Shown here one piece after another: positions 59,673 to 64,000 of a stretch of 64,000 nucleotides of DNA. The stretch spans positions 253,077 to 317,076 of the forward strand of contig JBMFSQ010000001.1 of assembly GCA_049967475.1 (NCBI GenBank), given 5' to 3'. A program made the position numbers and the translations under genes. The notes beneath the pieces are model-generated. The model was not told where the DNA came from, made no database searches, and worked only from the letters and a program-made list of their open reading frames with translations. Within the stretch, counting starts at the first letter, position 1. Each line of letters begins with the position of its first letter. This stretch comes from Chthonomonadales bacterium (GTDB taxonomy: Bacteria > Armatimonadota > Chthonomonadetes > Chthonomonadales > CAJBBX01).

Positions 59673-59802
59673 AGATGCATCGTTCGGACTTCTGTAGCCA
59701 TTGGCGGGCCGCAGGCCATACTGGGGATCGAGGGCTGGTATGAGCGGCGGCCCGCATTCGTTGTACCCATGGAAGCTATGGGACGCACATGCATCCTGGC
59801 CG

Positions 59803-59832
59803 GGCAACCTTTTGCCCGTGGGCGTCGTCCAT
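59803..59832 (+). promoter_or_regulatory. Candidate ECF-sigma promoter (distal)
   Basis: GGCAAC-N17-CGTCCAT. Confidence 0.4.
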
Positions 59833-59915
59833 ATGGATGGAGGGCAAATCGCCGTGCAGGCAGCGGGTAACCGTAGAACGGGAACGATGCGCCCCCCATT
59901 GAGAAGTATGGAATA

Positions 59916-59944
59916 TTGAACCTGTGCGTCCGCCCGACGTCTGA
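59916..59944 (+). promoter_or_regulatory. Candidate ECF-sigma promoter (proximal) of 60-aa ORF
   Basis: TTGAAC-N16-CGTCTGA about 31 nt before GTG 59976. Confidence 0.5.
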
Positions 59945-59975
59945 TGGGTAGGAGCACACATTAGGAGGAGGTCGA

Positions 59976-60158
59976 GTGGAACAGCCAGTGAGGGTAAGCT
60001 TGGTGTTTCCGCGCAGCGGCCAGCAGTTGTATGTGCTGGTTCCTCGATACGCGGTGTCGGAAACCTCGTTGAAGGACCATGGTACGTATCGCGCGTCGTG
60101 GGAACAAGATGTCCGTTCCGACAGTGAGATGGGGCATCAGGAGAAGCGCTCCGTCTAG
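59976..60158 (+). CDS. Small hypothetical protein (60 aa)
   Basis: AGGAGGAGG Shine-Dalgarno just upstream of GTG; followed by a strong hairpin. Confidence 0.6.
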   Translation: MEQPVRVSLVFPRSGQQLYVLVPRYAVSETSLKDHGTYRASWEQDVRSDSEMGHQEKRSV

Positions 60159-60189
60159 GTTATAATCCTTCTTATTTCTGCTTGGTTCG

Positions 60190-60226
60190 CATCTGCGCCC
60201 GACCAATCCGTGGTCGGGCGCAGATG
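60190..60226. terminator. 16-bp perfect stem-loop
   Basis: CATCTGCGCCCGACCA-ATCCG-TGGTCGGGCGCAGATG. Confidence 0.6.
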
Positions 60227-60526
60227 TCTTGAAGGAGCCCTGCATCGGGCACGGCTTCAAATTCCGGGGGCATGGCAGGAAGAAGGCACCACGCACGACG
60301 CATCCGTCACGGCCACAGGCGGCTAGGCAGCCCTCGAGCGGTTTGCTCGGCGCACAAAAGCTGCGCGGGCATTCGCATTTCGATGTGTGTTCAGCGCCGG
60401 GTGTGGCGGTGGGACGCCCACTCCTAGTCTGATCACCACTATCACCCGGCAGGGATCCTGGGCCGGAATGCCGTAAGTGGATGCTGGCGGTTTGCCAACT
60501 CTCGAGAGTGTGGAAGGGATCCGGAC

Positions 60527-61357
60527 ATGCCAAATCTCCTCTTTCGTCATGATCGCGCCGAATGGGGCTGCACGGAACTTGTGTCGCCTGTCGCTGCTCC
60601 GCTACGCTATATCACGCTCCGCAGGATCCGGTTGGGCACCGGATGTTCGGCGTGGACCTGGGAGACGGGCGGAGAGGAGGCGGTGCTCGACGTCCTCGCA
60701 GGGCGGTGTACTGTTCAGCTCGAAGCCGAACCCTTCCATGCGGAATTCCTCGATATAGGCAGTCGGGAGCATGTGTTTGCGGGCAGACCGACTATGGTGT
60801 ACATCCCGCGGGGCGGACGCGTATCGGTAATAGCTGAGGGGGCGGATTTTGAGGGGCTCCTGGCTTCTGCGCCGGCCAGAGCCGTCTATCCGCCTGCCGT
60901 GGTGTTTCCAGACGAGATGGAGGTGCGCACCGTTGGAAAGGACAATTGGCAGCGCACCGTCGTGACGGGTGTGGGCGAAAATGTGGAGGCTGATCGCTTG
61001 ATTGTTGGCGAAACGGTGAACCCACCGGGCAACTGGTCTAGCTCTCCGCCGCACAAACACGATGCTTCGGATGAGGGTGAGGTTCCCATGGAGGAGGTGT
61101 ATTATTATCGTCTCAATCCGCCCCAAGGTTTCGGCCTCCAGCGCGTGTATACGCCGCCCGGCGCACCCAACGCCTTCGACGTTGCTTATTCTGTGGCCGA
61201 AGGCGACGTCGTCGTGATCCCGCGGGGATACCATCCTGTCGTGGCAGCGCCTGGGTACCAGCTTCTCTACGTTTGGGTCCTGGCAGGGGACGAGCGGAGG
61301 TACGGCGCGTGGTCTGATGACCCCCAACACGGATGGATCAAGGGGTTAGGGGGCTGA
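60527..61357 (+). CDS. iolB: 5-deoxy-glucuronate isomerase (IolB/KduI cupin)
   Basis: GNWSSSPPHKHD, EEVYYY, GFGLQRVYT and PRGYHPVVAAPGY. Confidence 0.92.
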   Translation: MPNLLFRHDRAEWGCTELVSPVAAPLRYITLRRIRLGTGCSAWTWETGGEEAVLDVLAGRCTVQLEAEPFHAEFLDIGSREHVFAGRPTMVYIPRGGRVSVIAEGADFEGLLASAPARAVYPPAVVFPDEMEVRTVGKDNWQRTVVTGVGENVEADRLIVGETVNPPGNWSSSPPHKHDASDEGEVPMEEVYYYRLNPPQGFGLQRVYTPPGAPNAFDVAYSVAEGDVVVIPRGYHPVVAAPGYQLLYVWVLAGDERRYGAWSDDPQHGWIKGLGG

Positions 61358-61406
61358 AAAATGGGGCGGGTGACACGCTCCGCCCCACGTATGTACGTAC
61401 GTCGCG

Positions 61407-62168
61407 CTAGATGCGCTCTGCCGCCTTTTGCGTAGCCGCCGTGTCAATGGGGACGCTGGGTCCCATGGAGGGCGCCACGCTGATGCGCTTGAGGTATTTG
61501 CCCTTGGCAGCAGCAGGGCGGGCTTTGATAAGCGCGTTGAGGAGTGTGAGGTAGTTGGCTTTGATGTGTTCCAGCGGAAAGCTGGCTTTGCCGATGGGGC
61601 AATGGATGATGCCGGCCTTCTCCACGCGGTATTCGACGCGGGTGGCGCCTTTGATATCACGAACCACCTGCCCGATATTCGGGGACACGGTGCCGGCCTT
61701 AGGGTTGGGCATCTTCTGTTTGAGGATGCTTCCTACCCGGCCTACCAGCGGCATCATGTCGGGGGTGGCACAGATGAGGTCGTAGGACGCCCAACCGTCC
61801 CATCCTTTCTGGATGCGTTCGATGAGGTCCTCTGCGCCCACTTCGTCCGCTCCGGCGGCCTTGGCTTCCTCGGCCTTGTCGCCCCGAGCGAACACCATGA
61901 CACGGCGGGATTTGCCGGTTCCGTAGGGCAGGTTCACGGTACCGCGGACCATCTGGTCGCCATGGCGTGGATCCACTCCCAGGTTTACGGCTACCTCAAT
62001 GGTTTCGTCGAAGTTGGCGGAAGTCAGCTCCTTTACTTTGGCCAGCCCTTCGTCTACATCGTAGATGCGGCCTGGTTCGATCTTCTTGAGGAGTTCCAGG
62101 TAGCGCCGGCTGTGCTTGGGGCGGCCTGCCTTGGCCTGGCGCCGCTGTGTGGTGGAAAGCTTCGGCAT
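61407..62168 (-). CDS. rplA: 50S ribosomal protein L1
   Basis: FDETIE, VRGTVNLPYGTGK, MPNPKAGTV and SMGPS. Confidence 0.97.
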   Translation of the reverse strand: MPKLSTTQRRQAKAGRPKHSRRYLELLKKIEPGRIYDVDEGLAKVKELTSANFDETIEVAVNLGVDPRHGDQMVRGTVNLPYGTGKSRRVMVFARGDKAEEAKAAGADEVGAEDLIERIQKGWDGWASYDLICATPDMMPLVGRVGSILKQKMPNPKAGTVSPNIGQVVRDIKGATRVEYRVEKAGIIHCPIGKASFPLEHIKANYLTLLNALIKARPAAAKGKYLKRISVAPSMGPSVPIDTAATQKAAERI

Positions 62169-62179
62169 TCGATCCTCCT

Positions 62180-62209
62180 GTGGTGTATGGCGGGGCGAAC
62201 CCCTCCCAC
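62180..62209 (-). promoter_or_regulatory. L1-binding autoregulatory mRNA element preceding rplA
   Basis: Minus strand GTGGGAG-GGGTTCGCCCC-GCCATACACCAC abutting the AGGAGG RBS; resembles known L1 leader pattern. Confidence 0.7.
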
Positions 62210-62223
62210 GTGGTGGTTTCTGT

Positions 62224-62649
62224 CTATCCCTCGACGGTTACGCCCATGGACCGGGCCGTCCCTTCGATGATGCGCATGGCGGCTTCGATGTCATTCGCAT
62301 TGAGGTCCGGCAGCTTGGTCTGGGCGATGGATCGGATTTGTTCTCGGGTAAGCTTGCCGACCTTGGTGCGGTTGGGGGTTCCCGAGCCCTTTTCGATACC
62401 GGCAGCCTTCTTGATGAGATCGGCTGCGGGCGGAGTTTTCGTAACGAACGTGAAGGAGCGATCCTCGTAGATTGTGATCTCTACGGGAACAATGGAGCCC
62501 ACTTGATTAGCTGTTTGTGCGTTGTAGCTCTTGATGAACTCCATCATATTGATGCCGTAGGGCCCCAGTGTCGAACCCACGGGCGGAGCCGGAGTGGCTT
62601 TCCCTGCCGGGATCTGGAGCTTGACTACGGCGGTGATTTTCTTGGCCAC
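62224..62649 (-). CDS. rplK: 50S ribosomal protein L11
   Basis: [22 protein letters not shown] and GTARSMG. Confidence 0.98.
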   Translation of the reverse strand: MAKKITAVVKLQIPAGKATPAPPVGSTLGPYGINMMEFIKSYNAQTANQVGSIVPVEITIYEDRSFTFVTKTPPAADLIKKAAGIEKGSGTPNRTKVGKLTREQIRSIAQTKLPDLNANDIEAAMRIIEGTARSMGVTVEG

Positions 62650-62716
62650 GTTGTTCCTCCTGTGCCAGATATCGCGTGCCGGCGCCGATGGACGATGCGC
62701 CCGTTATGGCACATGA

Positions 62717-63244
62717 TCACGTAACTTTCTCTACTTGAGTGAAATCGAGCTCCACTGGTGTTTCCCGGCCGAAGATGGAGATCAGGACCCGGAGCTTTTC
62801 TTTGTCTACGTTGACGTCGTCTATCTTGCCTTCGAGGTTGCTGAAGGGGCCGGACACTACACGGACTACGTCGCCCTTTGTCCATTGTACGCGAGGCCGC
62901 TGGGCGGTACCCGCCTCTTGTTGAAGGAGTGCTTCCACCTCTTTCTGCTGCAGAGGCACAGGCTTGTTTCCGGAGCTCACGAAGCCCGTTACGCCTGTGG
63001 TAGACTTCACCAGGTACCAGGTGCTGTCATCCAGCACCATGTCTATGAGCACATACCCAGGGAAGATCTTGCGCTTGACTTCCTGGCGCTTCCCTCCGCG
63101 GGTGCGCACTTCCACTTCGGTGGGGACCTTGATGTCGAAGATCTTGTCCCGCAAGTGCATCGATTCCGCACGCCGGAGGATATTCGTCATCACCTTGTTT
63201 TCGTGGCCGGAGTACGTGTGGACTGCGTACCAGTGTCTTTGCAT
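62717..63244 (-). CDS. nusG: Transcription termination/antitermination factor NusG
   Basis: [20 protein letters not shown] motif and [10 protein letters not shown]. Confidence 0.97.
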   Translation of the reverse strand: MQRHWYAVHTYSGHENKVMTNILRRAESMHLRDKIFDIKVPTEVEVRTRGGKRQEVKRKIFPGYVLIDMVLDDSTWYLVKSTTGVTGFVSSGNKPVPLQQKEVEALLQQEAGTAQRPRVQWTKGDVVRVVSGPFSNLEGKIDDVNVDKEKLRVLISIFGRETPVELDFTQVEKVT

Positions 63245-63318
63245 CGTGTTCGGTTCTTTAGCCGCCGAGAAGTTGCGTCCTAGGCGGGCTCCATTGAAGA
63301 GTGAAGGGACACCCGTAG

Positions 63319-63579
63319 CTACTGGGCGATCAGGTTGAACTTGGTCGTAATCTGCGTGAGCACGTAGTCTATCAGTCCAATGTAGACTGCGAGGATCAAG
63401 ATCACCGCGAGGACGACCACGGTGAGGCGCCATGCCTCTTCGAGAGTAGGCCAAGTCGTCTTCTTGAGTTCTGCGATCACTTCGTGCAGAAAGCTTCGGC
63501 CTCGGGCTAGCGGAGGCAAGCCGCGGTCGGATCCGTTCGCCATCGTTGGCCTCGTTTTAGGTTGTTGGGCAATAGGCAT
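63319..63579 (-). CDS. secE: Preprotein translocase subunit SecE
   Basis: FLHEVIAELKKTTWPT plus one TM; between tRNA-Trp and nusG. Confidence 0.93.
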   Translation of the reverse strand: MPIAQQPKTRPTMANGSDRGLPPLARGRSFLHEVIAELKKTTWPTLEEAWRLTVVVLAVILILAVYIGLIDYVLTQITTKFNLIAQ

Positions 63580-63657
63580 GAAGCCGCCTCACTTGGGCAC
63601 GTACACTCCGCCGGAGTCCGCAAGGTTTTGCCGGCTTCCGGCGGCTGGGTTATAGGG

Positions 63658-63733
63658 TGGCAGGGGTGGCAGGATTCGAACCCGCGACCGCCCACTTTGG
63701 AGGCGGGTGCTCTACCAGCTGAGCTACACCCCT
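63658..63733 (-). tRNA. tRNA-Trp (CCA)
   Basis: 76-nt cloverleaf AGGGGTGTAGCTCAGCTGGTAGAGCA...CTCCAAA...GGTTCGAATCC...CCCCTGCCA with encoded CCA end. Confidence 0.96.
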
Positions 63734-63775
63734 ACAACGAGCCGAAGGATGGGTCCATCCCCGGCTCTCGATTGG

Positions 63776-63940
63776 TCATTTGGCTTCCCGATGCAGCGTA
63801 TGTTTGCGGCACGGCGGGCAGTATTTGCGAAATTCCAGCCGTTCCGGGTGCTTCTGCCGGTTCTTAGATGTTGTGTAATTACGGCTTCGGCAATCACTGC
63901 ACGCCAGCGTAATGATTATACGGTTTTCTTTGGCTGCCAT
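63776..63940 (-). CDS. rpmG: 50S ribosomal protein L33 (Zn-ribbon type); not in the supplied ORF track
   Basis: Manual translation [54 protein letters not shown]. Confidence 0.96.
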   Translation of the reverse strand: MAAKENRIIITLACSDCRSRNYTTSKNRQKHPERLEFRKYCPPCRKHTLHREAK

Positions 63941-63943
63941 ATT

Positions 63944-64000
63944 CTACTCGATGATTTTGCTCACCACGCCTGCTCCCACGGTATGGCCGCCCTCGCGCAC
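63944..64000 (-). CDS. tuf: Elongation factor Tu, C-terminal end (truncated by window)
   Basis: Manual translation VREGGHTVGAGVVSKIIE-stop; upstream of rpmG. Confidence 0.93.
   Translation of the reverse strand: MREGGHTVGAGVVSKIIE

Noticed and set aside
62717..63454. 245-aa NusG with a long N-terminal extension as given in the ORF track
   Set aside because: The extension overlaps secE in another frame; the real start is most likely ATG 63244
63658..63733. tRNA-Trp as an integration site for an island
   Set aside because: No duplicated tRNA 3' end, integrase or foreign genes; the context is the standard rpmG-tRNA-secE order
1..64000. CRISPR arrays, IS elements, prophage, toxin-antitoxin or defence systems
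   Set aside because: No regularly spaced direct repeats, transposase/integrase motifs or phage genes recognised

Overview
GC-rich bacterial chromosome segment from a diderm organism, probably Armatimonadota. That assignment is inferred from the DUF1559-type prepilins, the DUF881-sbp genes in the dcw cluster and the presence of a secretin. In order, the window holds: (1) the end of the dcw cell-wall/division cluster (murE'-mraY-murD-ftsW-murG-murC-ftsQ-DUF881-sbp-ftsA-ftsZ); (2) pgi, a GH1 glucosidase and a glycosylasparaginase; (3) a long minus-strand run including a DUF1559 prepilin / small membrane protein / TPR / ASPIC-UnbV / TPR cassette, a sugar-binding protein, an OYE-family reductase, MFS transporters, an IMPase and sucD; (4) an orphan zf-HC2 anti-sigma factor next to a 1106-aa repeat-built putative outer-membrane beta-barrel; (5) a second DUF1559 prepilin; (6) an 11-gene type II secretion-like operon (gspEFGHIJK-L-M-C-D) divergent from an alternative sigma70; (7) zwf, thrC, an orphan E2 acyltransferase, uncharacterised ORFs and iolB; (8) tuf'-rpmG-tRNA-Trp-secE-nusG-rplK-rplA. 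No CRISPR array, IS element or prophage was seen. The most notable unannotated signal is a recurring ECF-sigma-like promoter motif (AAC-N16/17-YGTC). It lies upstream of the T2SS operon, the anti-sigma/barrel pair, a secreted STN-like protein and a 60-aa ORF, which suggests a co-regulated envelope/secretion system. All calls come from reading motifs by eye; no searches were run.
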